From a virus (taxonomy: Duplodnaviria; Caudoviricetes): 54,754 nt of DNA. Shown one piece after another: positions 1 to 9,650 of the stretch (positions are counted from its first letter, which is position 1; every line of letters begins with the position of its first letter). The DNA lies in the IMG/VR virus record IMGVR_UViG_3300000234_000006, positions 1 to 54,754 of that record. One strand, written 5' to 3'. The notes beneath the pieces were generated by a model that made no database searches, was not told the DNA's origin, and worked only from the letters and a program-made list of their open reading frames with translations. The position numbers and the translations under genes are program-made.

Positions 1-1574
1 GACTGTCCTTTGGACTTTCCATAAGAGAATTCATCAATTTTTTCAAATTCAGAAATCGAAAAAGAAGTTTTTAGAGTAGTTAAAATAGGAAAGTTTTTCT
101 TATCCTGACCATGAACAGCTACATATCCTCCGGATTTAATAACACGAATAGAACCCATGACAAGAGGTTCAACAATATTTTCACGCCAAGATTGAATATC
201 ACCAAAACCAGGAGATCCATAATCTTCAGTTGACATGAAGGGAGGGCTGGTAACTAAAAAGTCGAATTTACGATCAGTAGAAAAAAGGTATTTTGAAAAT
301 TCTGAATGAATAAATTCTGACTCGATTGGGTTAAAAGGTTCTAAATCTTTTACAACGCGTTTACACCCAAAAACAGAGTCTTCTTGGAGGTCCGTGCCGC
401 AAATACTCTTTGCACCACCACAAATAGCACCGAGAGTTCTACCACCCCAACCAAGAAATGGATCTACAACATCACCCCCAAAAGCATATTTCTTGACTAA
501 AGAAGATGATGTAGAAGGGAAAAAATGTGAAGGAGTTTTATTCAAAAAGGCAGAATTTCTATAGACGAGTGATTTCGATATGGGACGCCCAGAAGATATT
601 ATATAAGAAATAATCTTTAATAAGAAAAAGTCATCATTATAAGCGGATTCCAATGAGTTTTTTCCGTTAGTTCGAGATTTAAAACGATGACGAAAAATAG
701 AATCAAGGTATCCAATACCATCTTTAGAATATGGGACGAAACTTGAGCATTCTTGAATTGAAGAAAGTTTATCGAAAACATCCTTTACTGATTCAAGTTC
801 AGAACCGGGACCCCATGAACGAATAAGAGAAACCAGTTCTTCCCAATCAGAACAACCACCAAATAAATGTTTTCTGTTTCCTTCTGAAAAATTTTGCGAA
901 GGAGGAAGGAGTCTCAGGTTATCTAAAGACCAGCAAAGACGGAACTGTTCATCTTTTAGAGATGTGTATTTGAACATTGACTGAGGAATAATATGATCAA
1001 CACTAAAACTTTTTCTATTTTCCCAAGACATTGGGGAAATGAACTGAGATTCAAGATGAAATTTAAGTTCCTCAATAGAATAGTCAAGAGCTTTTAAAAC
1101 AGACATATCTTTATGTCCGTTACTGGAATTGAGAGCCTCGCAAACACGAGTTCTAATATTACCTCTCAAGCGAAATTCAGGATCGGCGTGATAACGTTCT
1201 TTAAACGAAGCACGTCTTTCATCCCTTTCTAATGGATAACGTTCTCTCCATAAAAGATTACGACGAGCCTTTACTTCAGGTTGACTTTTATAAGCTTTGT
1301 TTTTTGATTTTATTATTTCTGAATTAGCAAGATAATGTTCACGGTTTCTATTTTTATCAAGAGCAATACGTTCAGGTTTAGACGAGTATGCTTTATTTTG
1401 TGCTTTAATAGCTATCTTAGTTTCAGGGTTATGATATCTTTCTTTACGCCTTTCTCTTGCTATTTTTCTTTCACATTCAATACAACGAGGTGCGGTATAT
1501 TTACCGCCACCCATTTTCCGAAATTTAGCTAAATCAGTTTCTGAGCACTCGGGAGTTAAACAAGTTTTTTCCAC
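1..1574 (-). CDS. HNH endonuclease fused to amino-DNA methyltransferase (N4-C/N6-A type); runs off window start
   Basis: Not in the ORF track; hand-translated from GTG 1574 (in-frame ATG at 1619 also possible). N-terminal CxxxxC..CxxC, HNH-like VDHIIPQS..CWSLDNLRLL..NFSEGNRK, then MTase motif I DPFLGWGGR and motif IV TSPPF. Open to base 1. Confidence 0.8.
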   Translation of the reverse strand, partial: MEKTCLTPECSETDLAKFRKMGGGKYTAPRCIECERKIARERRKERYHNPETKIAIKAQNKAYSSKPERIALDKNRNREHYLANSEIIKSKNKAYKSQPEVKARRNLLWRERYPLERDERRASFKERYHADPEFRLRGNIRTRVCEALNSSNGHKDMSVLKALDYSIEELKFHLESQFISPMSWENRKSFSVDHIIPQSMFKYTSLKDEQFRLCWSLDNLRLLPPSQNFSEGNRKHLFGGCSDWEELVSLIRSWGPGSELESVKDVFDKLSSIQECSSFVPYSKDGIGYLDSIFRHRFKSRTNGKNSLESAYNDDFFLLKIISYIISSGRPISKSLVYRNSAFLNKTPSHFFPSTSSSLVKKYAFGGDVVDPFLGWGGRTLGAICGGAKSICGTDLQEDSVFGCKRVVKDLEPFNPIESEFIHSEFSKYLFSTDRKFDFLVTSPPFMSTEDYGSPGFGDIQSWRENIVEPLVMGSIRVIKSGGYVAVHGQDKKNFPILTTLKTSFSISEFEKIDEFSYGKSKGQ

Positions 1575-1694
1575 ATAAAAACTACAATGGTAAAAATCTA
1601 ATTTACCAATTATATACATTGGAAAATGCTCTTTATATTGAAGAATTATTCTCCATATTGTCCGCTTTTTGTCTTTCTTTGGCGAGAAAAACAC

Positions 1695-1737
1695 TTTTGA
1701 GCCCCAGAGCCATTTCCACGGCGTCTGAGGCTCAAAA
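1695..1737 (-). terminator. Intrinsic terminator-like hairpin after major capsid gene
   Basis: Minus strand TTTTGAGCCTCAGA..TCTGGGGCTCAAAA stem followed by GTGTTTTT, just downstream of the MCP stop. Confidence 0.7.
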
Positions 1738-1758
1738 ATTCGGAAAAGTACGAGAAGA

Positions 1759-2652
1759 TCAGCGGGCGACGATCAAGCGAACAAGACCCTTGGGGTTGAA
1801 CGCTCCGATGCCGAGATTTTCGAACATTGAGAAGCCAATTGTACGCTCTTCAGTGTTATCAGCAGACAACACGGTGAGTTCGGTACGGACCGGGATTCTG
1901 CCGAAGTGCTCGGGCTCGCAGCAGATGTACACAACGCCCGGAGGAACAAGACGGGAAACGATGAACTGGGCGTTCCAGCCCGTTGCCATCATACCAGTCT
2001 TCCAGAGCGTGGCCTGCGACTCGATGTCGAGAACGTCGCGACCGAACTTGCGGATATCCGCGTAGTCGACAGCGTTCATGTAAACGCGGGCAACTCGAAG
2101 GTCGTGGCGCTCGATCTCGGCGAACGCGTCCGCGAGGTGCGCGGGCGAGATAGGGGCCGAAATCGGAATGTCCGGGTTCGTGCCACCAGGAACGTTATCA
2201 AAGCCGTTGACGGCAATGGCGTCCATGATGGAGAAAACGCGGTCGTCTTCCGCAGCCTGAATCTGGGCCTTACCAAGATCCTGCATACGCTTCAAGAGGT
2301 CGTAACGACGCTCTTTAACCTGCGTCATCGGAGCCTTGGGAAGCGCGCCGATCTCGAAGAGCGGGAACTGAACGCGGCGCGGCTTGGAGTAAGAGGTGAT
2401 GGTCTCACCCTCTTCACCAATCACGTACGCGACCACATCGGGATCCTTGTCGTAAAGCGCCGAAGCGCCGTCCGGGATCTGCTCAACCAAGAAGGTCTTA
2501 CGACCAACCGAGGTGTAATCTCTGCGATCGCGGAGGGGCTGGATCATGGACGCAGCAAGGCGTCTACGTCCGGCTTGAGTTTCGATAAGTTCCGAAACTA
2601 CTTTTTCCTTAACGGAATTGTCTACAACCTTAACTTCGTAGCTCATTTTCAA
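1759..2652 (-). CDS. Major capsid protein (HK97-fold, encapsulin-like type)
   Basis: 297 aa with RRLAASMIQPLR..DY..VGRK.FLVEQ.PDG, IQAAEDDRVF and terminal ENLGIGAFNPKGLVRL. Strongly GC3-biased codons; follows protease/scaffold/decoration genes. Start may be ATG 2646 (AAAGGA upstream). Confidence 0.8.
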   Translation of the reverse strand: MKMSYEVKVVDNSVKEKVVSELIETQAGRRRLAASMIQPLRDRRDYTSVGRKTFLVEQIPDGASALYDKDPDVVAYVIGEEGETITSYSKPRRVQFPLFEIGALPKAPMTQVKERRYDLLKRMQDLGKAQIQAAEDDRVFSIMDAIAVNGFDNVPGGTNPDIPISAPISPAHLADAFAEIERHDLRVARVYMNAVDYADIRKFGRDVLDIESQATLWKTGMMATGWNAQFIVSRLVPPGVVYICCEPEHFGRIPVRTELTVLSADNTEERTIGFSMFENLGIGAFNPKGLVRLIVAR

Positions 2653-2660
2653 ATCCTTTC

Positions 2661-3308
2661 TCAGAACTTAAGAGCCACGAAAAGCTCGGGGTTAGACGAG
2701 TCCGGGGGAGCGAGAACCGTTCCTAGGAGTGTCACGTCGGGCTCGATGGCCGCACCAGCGGCACCGCTGCCAGAAGCAGCCGTCGTAATCCACTGGGCCT
2801 CATACGAATCCTGCCAGCGGTTCGTTACGAAACCGTTAACAGAAGCGTAAACTCTGTCGCCAACGGCGTAGGTCAACGCGGTAGAACCACCGATCTGACG
2901 CTGGGTCTCGTAGAGCTTAACTCCAACCGAACCACCGCGAACGAACGGGCTCTTACCAGAACCAACAGCTGGTGTATTCTCAAACGGATTGCCGACGGCA
3001 TCGTTCAAGAAAAGGCCGAGGGGGCGGGTTCCAACAACGTAGTTGCCAGCAACGAGTACCGCACCACCGACAGTGTTCGATCCCACGTCCGGGCGAGTGA
3101 AAGCAACAGAACCACCAAGGGTGCCGCGCTTAACATTCACAGGGATCGTGGTCGATTTGTGAGCCGTAGTCGTAACTACGTTCGGGTTGTTCTGCGTGAA
3201 ACCGTCACTTGCAAGGACCGTTATGGTGTCCTTGATCACGGAGTATAGAACACGCAGAGCACCCTGGTTGAGACGGAAATCTCCGTTAGCTTGTCCACCA
3301 ATGCTCAT
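2661..3308 (-). CDS. Putative head decoration/cement protein
   Basis: Gly/Thr/Val-rich 215 aa directly upstream of MCP, RPLGLFLND..YAVGDRVYAS.NG motifs, AGGAG SD, high-expression codons. Confidence 0.6.
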   Translation of the reverse strand: MSIGGQANGDFRLNQGALRVLYSVIKDTITVLASDGFTQNNPNVVTTTAHKSTTIPVNVKRGTLGGSVAFTRPDVGSNTVGGAVLVAGNYVVGTRPLGLFLNDAVGNPFENTPAVGSGKSPFVRGGSVGVKLYETQRQIGGSTALTYAVGDRVYASVNGFVTNRWQDSYEAQWITTAASGSGAAGAAIEPDVTLLGTVLAPPDSSNPELFVALKF

Positions 3309-3443
3309 TTTTAGCTCCTATCCAGATCACTCCATATTCAGCTATCAAAAGATATGATTCAGTCCATTTCTGCGAATCAATTACCTAGAGAATCACTGTT
3401 TTCTGTGTGTCTGAATCAAATTAGACTGTATGGTATTTGTTTA

Positions 3444-4694
3444 TCACCAGAGTTTTTCAAGAGCTTTATCAGACTTGTCCGTAGAGACGAATCCAATTTT
3501 CTTGGCTCCACCAGAAGCTGTAGATACTCTATATCCCTGCCCCTGTGTCGAAGCGCGAATTTCTTTTTGAGCCTTTGAGAAGTCATCCTCGAAAAGAGCC
3601 GCAACGACGGGGGAAACCTTCACCTCAGGATCGGCTTCGCCCTCATCATCATCAAAAGAAATGCCGTTAGAGACCTCAGCAGCTGGCGTCACAAGGGCGT
3701 CGACATCGGGACCTTCAGAATCACCGTCAAGAAGATCCTGAAGAACCTTGCGATCCGCCTGGGAAAGGGCGGTATCACAAGCTTCTTCCGAATCCGACGA
3801 AACATGATCGTCGTCTTCATGCTTGATTATGAGGTCGCCACCGGTCGAATCTTTAGAAGCAGAGGTCTTATGGTTCTTATTGAACGCAGCAAGCTCATCC
3901 TTCGCGTCTTGTAATTGCTGCTCGGCAGCTTTGGACTTCTTCGTTTCGACTCTCTTCTGAGCCTCTTCAACTTTTCCCTCAAGACGACTTTTCATGTCGT
4001 CTTCGTTGGAAGCAGCAACAGTGTCGTCCTCTTCGTCAGAGTCGTCATTCTCATCAGCCGCAATGATGGAATCACCGAGGGTCTTGAGAATGCTGTCGCT
4101 GACCTGCATCAGGCTGCTGCCGACCTTGAAAACAAGGTGCTCAGTGGCGCCGTTTCCAAGAAGGCGAGCACCAATTTTGGCGCAGAAAAGAGAGCGCTTA
4201 TACTTCGCCTTCGGATCCAAAGAATCCGTGGAAGAAGCGCGAAGAGCTTTGATGGTAGCAACGACGGCTCTATCAGGAAGAGCCATAAAGTCAGTTGCAA
4301 CGGATTCGATCATCTTCTCATTGCTCGTCTTGAGCAAAGTTTTTGCTATGTCGTAAACGGCAGAAGCTTTCTTCTCAGCCGAGACTCTAGCATTATCATA
4401 GCGACCGGATCCGCCCCATTTATCGGAATCCTTGTGCTTCCAGGTATCACTACGAAACTCGGGCATCCCGATCTCGTTGCGCTTTACGGCGCCGCCTTCA
4501 TATTCTTCATTAACAGAGAGCTTGTCTCCGCTAACAGGGGTTTCTGCCCATGAATCAGGACTTCCGTTCTCATACTCCGTCGGGGACGGGTGATGACGTT
4601 CTTGATTCATTTGATAAATATCGGCGCGGCGCGACGTAGCCGCCTGACGCGGAGATTTATCAGTATTCTTGAGCCAGGTGGAACGCTCGCGCAT
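3444..4694 (-). CDS. Putative capsid scaffolding protein
   Basis: 416 aa with acidic low-complexity and coiled segments, between protease and decoration/MCP; AGGAG SD. Confidence 0.5.
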   Translation of the reverse strand: MRERSTWLKNTDKSPRQAATSRRADIYQMNQERHHPSPTEYENGSPDSWAETPVSGDKLSVNEEYEGGAVKRNEIGMPEFRSDTWKHKDSDKWGGSGRYDNARVSAEKKASAVYDIAKTLLKTSNEKMIESVATDFMALPDRAVVATIKALRASSTDSLDPKAKYKRSLFCAKIGARLLGNGATEHLVFKVGSSLMQVSDSILKTLGDSIIAADENDDSDEEDDTVAASNEDDMKSRLEGKVEEAQKRVETKKSKAAEQQLQDAKDELAAFNKNHKTSASKDSTGGDLIIKHEDDDHVSSDSEEACDTALSQADRKVLQDLLDGDSEGPDVDALVTPAAEVSNGISFDDDEGEADPEVKVSPVVAALFEDDFSKAQKEIRASTQGQGYRVSTASGGAKKIGFVSTDKSDKALEKLW

Positions 4695-4732
4695 TTAAAT
4701 TGTCTCCTATTGTAGCGAATTTCATCAGAAGT

Positions 4733-6265
4733 TTATGAACTTGGTAAAGAAGCAATTTTTCCTTTTTTGATGAAAAACTGTTTCTCTTTGAGGTCCATTC
4801 TGCGGCCCAAATTCAACTCGCAGAAAGCTAAAAAGACTTTTTGATTTGGAAAGTTCTCAATGGAACCAACCTTTATAGCAGTCTCATAGAGTTTAGTAGG
4901 ATAAATTTTTTGGTTTATACGATCTTTGATTAATGAAAAAACTATTAATTCTCTTGATGAGATTTTGCTGTTTTTAATTAAATCGATAGAATTGCTATGG
5001 ATTATATTACTAACTCTGACGGCCCATTTAGCTTTTTGGACGTCGTTTTTAAAATATTTTATTAATTTTTCGTTAAACGATCGAACGAGATTGTCGTTCT
5101 TATCAATGCTCGGTGTTACTGATAACACTTCATCAGCCTTAGGAGCTAACTCTTTATCAATTCCATCAAGTACAGATTCAAGAACTTTTTCCTGAATCTG
5201 ATCAACTAGAGACTCTAATTTATCAGAAATCCCAGATTCAGGTTCTTTATCTTCGTCGGATGAAGACTCTTTATCCTCAGCATCACCATCATCTTCATCC
5301 GAAGGATCAGCATCAGGTTCCGGATCGCTAGACTCTTCTTCAGGAGCTTCGTCCTCTTCACCTTCAGCAACTCTTATAGAACTTGCAGCTTTTCCTATCC
5401 CGTCAGGAACAGCAAGAGTGGATTTTATTTCGTAAATCAAGCTCGATTCATCAAGTGATGAAGCGATTGAAGCATTATCATTCAAGAAACTTCTACGTTG
5501 AGCACCAAAGAAAGCCGGATTCTTAACCCAGCTTGCTTCTATGAATTGATTGGAATTCGGAACAGTGACGTGGCCTATCAGCTCCGAAACCGTATGTTCA
5601 ACGCCTTCTTCATCAACGAATTTTGAACCTTTTCCATCATATAACAAACAAGGGCAAGACTGTGAATCATCATTAGAAACGTTTCCACATTTGGTGCATG
5701 TGGTGAACAAACTAATGCAACCCATCGAGAGTCCCGTCATCTCTTCAGACAGGATATCCGATATTAATTTCTCATGCTTCTTATCAGTGGCAACTAATAT
5801 GTCAACATAAACCGAATGACCGAGGTCTCTAGCTATGGCGTCTACTATGAAACCTTTTGATAACTCAGGGAGCTGAATGTGCTCCAAGTAATTGTGGGCG
5901 CCTATGAATGTTCTGTAAGTAGAAAGAAGTAAAGGTCTACTCCAGGCATCAAAATTGTTATTTATTATTTGATGACACTCAGGTTTGACTCTATAATCCG
6001 TCCACTTAACATCAATTTCAACTCCACGGTTAAGCTGTTTACCAATTTTGGCGCCACGTGGGGAATAAGTATCAACAGATGCAACTATCGTCGCATGCGA
6101 TAAAAGATATCTATTTGGATCGCATTTTCTTAAAACAGTCTTGGCTATTTTACTTACATAGCCTTCAGGTGTCCCTATAGAATTATGTTTGTGCCCTTCC
6201 ATCCAACGGTCGAATTCAATGGATGGATTTGAAACAAGGGCTTTAGCATAACGACGAGTAGCCAT
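4733..6265 (-). CDS. Putative prohead (capsid maturation) protease
   Basis: NNNFDAW..NYLEH..KGFIVDA..LSMGC..CTKC..FIEASWVKNPAF pattern typical of phage HK97/herpes-clan proteases with Zn insert; acidic linker; position in head module. Confidence 0.65.
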   Translation of the reverse strand: MATRRYAKALVSNPSIEFDRWMEGHKHNSIGTPEGYVSKIAKTVLRKCDPNRYLLSHATIVASVDTYSPRGAKIGKQLNRGVEIDVKWTDYRVKPECHQIINNNFDAWSRPLLLSTYRTFIGAHNYLEHIQLPELSKGFIVDAIARDLGHSVYVDILVATDKKHEKLISDILSEEMTGLSMGCISLFTTCTKCGNVSNDDSQSCPCLLYDGKGSKFVDEEGVEHTVSELIGHVTVPNSNQFIEASWVKNPAFFGAQRRSFLNDNASIASSLDESSLIYEIKSTLAVPDGIGKAASSIRVAEGEEDEAPEEESSDPEPDADPSDEDDGDAEDKESSSDEDKEPESGISDKLESLVDQIQEKVLESVLDGIDKELAPKADEVLSVTPSIDKNDNLVRSFNEKLIKYFKNDVQKAKWAVRVSNIIHSNSIDLIKNSKISSRELIVFSLIKDRINQKIYPTKLYETAIKVGSIENFPNQKVFLAFCELNLGRRMDLKEKQFFIKKGKIASLPSS

Positions 6266-6292
6266 ATTTCTATCTTAGAAACAATAAAAGAT

Positions 6293-7246
6293 TTACTTAG
6301 TGATTTTTAACTGTTTGCTCCATAAAGCAAGGGTGGGTTTTAGCTGAGCACGTAAATTTTCAGAACCTGAAGCCACTCGAATAAGCGGCTTCATAAGTTT
6401 AGTTTTTGCATGGCGAGAAGTTGAAGCGGTGTTTAAAACAGGAGAAGCGAACTCGAACATCTCTTTGAGATATTTCACGAGTTGCTTTTCATCATCTATA
6501 TTGTTCTTCAACAAATCGGCATAATGATCAATCATCGAATCGAAATTCAATGGTTTTTCTTTTTTCGCAGGAGATTTTTTGGCTTCTCCAGAATCTTCTT
6601 CAAGCTTGATATTTACAGGCTCTTCATAAGAATATTTATTATCAATAATGCGTTGGCCGTCTCTGATGAGCTTTTTGATAGACTTGATTATCGATTTAAC
6701 AGAATCGCGAGACGGATTCTTTTTGATAGCTTTCGCATCAGAAAGAAGTTTGTCCGATTCTTTTATGAATTCTTGATTTTCTTTTCTGTCCTTCTCAACG
6801 TACTGAGAAGAATCCATCCACTCTTTTTTGCCGTCAACGAAGTCGTCAACATCGTCGTCGCTAAGATTGTAAGAAGAAGGAACAGTCGGTTCCTCTTCTT
6901 TTTTTGGTTTTTTAAACCAATTCTTTATAAAATCAAGAGGAGCGGCAATTGAAGCCGATTTTATCTTATTAAGAGAATTTGAAAGTTCAAAGAATTCAGC
7001 TTCAGCGGTATCCGTGAACCAATCCGCAAATTCTTTAGCATCATCAGTGTCAATTTTATTGAGAGCAGTCTCAAAATCTTTTTGAAGTTCAGTAAGATTA
7101 TCAACAATTTCTTTTATTTGCTTCTTAAAAGAACGGGCGCTAGGATTTATGACAGCAACAACATTAAATAATATTTTCTTCGAAATTTCAGGATCCGATT
7201 TTCTTAAAGAATAAGCAATTCGAAGTATTTCTAAGCTTGGGTTCAT
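6293..7246 (-). CDS. Hypothetical protein (head module)
   Basis: 317-aa ORF, helical and charged, overlapping stop/start with neighbour. Confidence 0.6.
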   Translation of the reverse strand: MNPSLEILRIAYSLRKSDPEISKKILFNVVAVINPSARSFKKQIKEIVDNLTELQKDFETALNKIDTDDAKEFADWFTDTAEAEFFELSNSLNKIKSASIAAPLDFIKNWFKKPKKEEEPTVPSSYNLSDDDVDDFVDGKKEWMDSSQYVEKDRKENQEFIKESDKLLSDAKAIKKNPSRDSVKSIIKSIKKLIRDGQRIIDNKYSYEEPVNIKLEEDSGEAKKSPAKKEKPLNFDSMIDHYADLLKNNIDDEKQLVKYLKEMFEFASPVLNTASTSRHAKTKLMKPLIRVASGSENLRAQLKPTLALWSKQLKITK

Positions 7247-7731
7247 TTTTTGCTCGTCTTCTGATTGAAAATGTTGGAAACAGTTCTACGAACAACATCA
7301 GACCCGTATCTACTGCAATATTTTTCCATCCCCATAAAAGCATCTATTTGATTTAAACCATTATAATGAAGACGACTAGCTTCGACGTAAACAGGATAGG
7401 TTTTATCCTCGAAAGCTTTTACTATTTTAGAAGCTTTTCTTTTCTTGGGGGTAGTGATATAACGTTCCATCTCCCAAGTGCTATAAGAGTCGTTAATTTG
7501 AGGAGGAATAATATCACCAGAGGTATCAGGTATCAGTTCAGAGGCCCACTCCTGTTCAACTCCCCAAGGCCACTGAACTGATACCGTCCCGATGTCTGTG
7601 TTCGAATATATAACAGAACCGGAATAGGGACTCGCAAATTTCCCATCTGATCCAGGCTTGCGCACAACATCGCCAGTGCTGAACTGACGAGCTAGAGCCC
7701 TATCATCAATGAAGGAAAGTCTGCGCTTCAT
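7243..7731 (-). CDS. Hypothetical protein with N-terminal SH3-like beta segment
   Basis: FSTGDVVR..GSVI..GTVSVQWPWGVEQE pattern; GAGGA SD. Confidence 0.55.
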   Translation of the reverse strand: MKRRLSFIDDRALARQFSTGDVVRKPGSDGKFASPYSGSVIYSNTDIGTVSVQWPWGVEQEWASELIPDTSGDIIPPQINDSYSTWEMERYITTPKKRKASKIVKAFEDKTYPVYVEASRLHYNGLNQIDAFMGMEKYCSRYGSDVVRRTVSNIFNQKTSKK

Positions 7732-7737
7732 TTTTCC

Positions 7738-8220
7738 TCAGAACTTGTAAGTAGTTCCCTGACGAGTGCTCTTTCCACCAGACTTACCAGTCCAAGAGGG
7801 CTGGGGCTTGGTGGGCTCAGCCCACTCACTGAGATCACGAACCTTGTACTCAGTTCTATCAGTTACTCCAGAAGTCTGATCCTGATCGAAGTTATCAATC
7901 GCATCAGCGTTGAAACTTGCAGGAGTCTTGCTCAACCAACCTTCATCCGAATCGCGCTTGATGACCTTATTCGGGTTATCGAAGGTGTTCATGAAGGTCT
8001 CATCCGAATCGCGCTTAATGACGCGAGCCTGATGGTTCTTGAGAGAATTCTCACCGAAAGCAGCAACCTGATAATTGTCGGAAAATTTGTCGATCTCAAG
8101 AACAAGCTTTGAGCCTATATTCTTGCTGATCTTTCCGCTTTTCACCAACGACTCAATGTCGCCAGCAATCTTATCAAGTTTGGTGAGAACTTTTCCAGCT
8201 ATTTTCTTATCGATCGACAT
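7738..8220 (-). CDS. Hypothetical virion-associated protein with internal VIKRDSDE duplication
   Basis: ORF track gives 7738..8256; likely start ATG 8220 (AAGGGA upstream). GC-rich codons. Confidence 0.6.
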   Translation of the reverse strand: MSIDKKIAGKVLTKLDKIAGDIESLVKSGKISKNIGSKLVLEIDKFSDNYQVAAFGENSLKNHQARVIKRDSDETFMNTFDNPNKVIKRDSDEGWLSKTPASFNADAIDNFDQDQTSGVTDRTEYKVRDLSEWAEPTKPQPSWTGKSGGKSTRQGTTYKF

Positions 8221-8252
8221 CGTAATTTCCCTTTTGGATTGAAAATCTATGA

Positions 8253-9623
8253 TCACCAGTTCATGTCGCCAGACGATATCGACGCACGTTTCTTGGTTTT
8301 CTTATTCTTCAAATCTTTCTTCGACATCTTCTTCTTCGACATCTTCTTCTTCGTGATCTTTTTCTTGGCAGCGACTATCGCCGAGGCCAAGATTTCCTTA
8401 TTCTGATCACTAGCAGCAACTAGTCGAGCGAGAGTGTTAAGACTGATCTTAACAGAAGAAGTGCGGCCTGTCTTATCCGATTCGACAGTCGTTTGAATGG
8501 CTTCGAAGGCAGCGTCGAGAGCCCCAATGAACTTGGGAATATCAAGTTCCGTGATTTCATCTGGGCCGTCAATACCCTTGACAGCTTCCTCTATGAGGTC
8601 ATCCATCGTCTTATAATGAGCTTCGAGAGCCGGAAGAAGAACGTTTTTGATATCTTCATCCGTCATGTCTTCAATAATGGAAATATCAAAGGTGTCTTCA
8701 GCTATACGAGATCCAGCAGTTTTCGTGATCTTTAAAAGAGCTTCCATATTTTTGGCAAGCTCTTCAGAAGTCTTAGACTTACTGGCCTTTTCTATAAGAC
8801 TACGAATCTCAATGAGATTCGATTTCTTCGCGAATTCAGGCTCGTCGTCTTTCTCAGCCGATACCTGACCGCTCTCCGAACCCCAATTCGCAACCTTCAG
8901 GGCCGAGATGCTCTTTATCATGGATAAAGACTTATCGGGGTGCGAATGACGAATGTCACTCGCTATTTGATACAAAGCTTTGATGTTACTATCATTCATG
9001 ACTGAAGACTCCCGAGTTCGTTTTTTCCCTATGAAAGTGTCTACAAAAAGATTCTCACCTGAACCAATTAGTTCAGAAAGGATTCTGTTGTACATCTCTG
9101 TATCAATCTTGGACTGAAATTGAGATGCGTTTGAACTATAAATTGCTACGTCAAGAGCAGCTCTAAATCTAGAGTCACCTTTGTCCCAACCGTCTTTAAA
9201 ATAAGGTTCAGATAAAAGTTCCTTTGCGGATTTAAGAATCATTTTATAATGAGATTTATCGATATACCTCTTATCAATTGAATTATAACCGGTATTTGTT
9301 TTACCGGACGGATGACCTTGCTCCGTTAAACCGTGAGATTGAGCAGTCTTTAACATATCCTTGAAACTAAGAGAATCATTAGAAGCTGATTCAAATATCG
9401 AAAGAGCGACATCACATAATGAAGTTGAATAACCTTTATGATTCATCGAAAGGTCTTTGTCTTTCGATGATAAATCAGGATCGTCGACTTTCATACGACG
9501 TCTGCGGTTATCTTGTTTCGGCCCCCTTTTAGGACGGTTTTTTCTGCTGGGGGCCGGTTTTTTATCAATAAGACGGCCTACTTCTTTATCTTCTTTTTCA
9601 GAAGGAGACAAATCAGAGGGCAT
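8253..9623 (-). CDS. Hypothetical virion-associated protein with Lys-rich C-terminal tail
   Basis: 456 aa, basic N-terminus, C-terminal KKKITKKKMSKKKMSKK encoded by a 15-nt tandem repeat; immediately downstream of portal. Confidence 0.6.
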   Translation of the reverse strand: MPSDLSPSEKEDKEVGRLIDKKPAPSRKNRPKRGPKQDNRRRRMKVDDPDLSSKDKDLSMNHKGYSTSLCDVALSIFESASNDSLSFKDMLKTAQSHGLTEQGHPSGKTNTGYNSIDKRYIDKSHYKMILKSAKELLSEPYFKDGWDKGDSRFRAALDVAIYSSNASQFQSKIDTEMYNRILSELIGSGENLFVDTFIGKKRTRESSVMNDSNIKALYQIASDIRHSHPDKSLSMIKSISALKVANWGSESGQVSAEKDDEPEFAKKSNLIEIRSLIEKASKSKTSEELAKNMEALLKITKTAGSRIAEDTFDISIIEDMTDEDIKNVLLPALEAHYKTMDDLIEEAVKGIDGPDEITELDIPKFIGALDAAFEAIQTTVESDKTGRTSSVKISLNTLARLVAASDQNKEILASAIVAAKKKITKKKMSKKKMSKKDLKNKKTKKRASISSGDMNW

Positions 9624-9638
9624 ATAACAGGATTAACA

Positions 9639-9648
9639 ATCAAAAGAT
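9639..9648 (-). promoter_or_regulatory. ATCTTTTGAT-like motif upstream of structural genes (candidate late promoter; representative copy)
   Basis: Similar copies at 3344-3353, 4724-4733, 6283-6292, 47326-47335. Confidence 0.4.
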
Positions 9649-9650
9649 TA

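Noticed and set aside
1335-1532. 65-aa plus-strand ORF in the track
   Set aside because: Antisense to the HNH-MTase frame, which has clear motifs.
1759-2652. Encapsulin nanocompartment rather than phage capsid
   Set aside because: Context of protease, portal and terminase indicates a true major capsid protein.
1619-2850. Long plus-strand ORFs (1619..2065, 1906..2850) antisense to the capsid gene
   Set aside because: Shadow frames expected from the GC-rich codon bias of MCP; no motifs or SD.
3915-4553. Plus-strand ORFs antisense to the scaffold gene
   Set aside because: Mirror of an acidic low-complexity coding strand (poly-Ser, Leu/Phe-rich translations).
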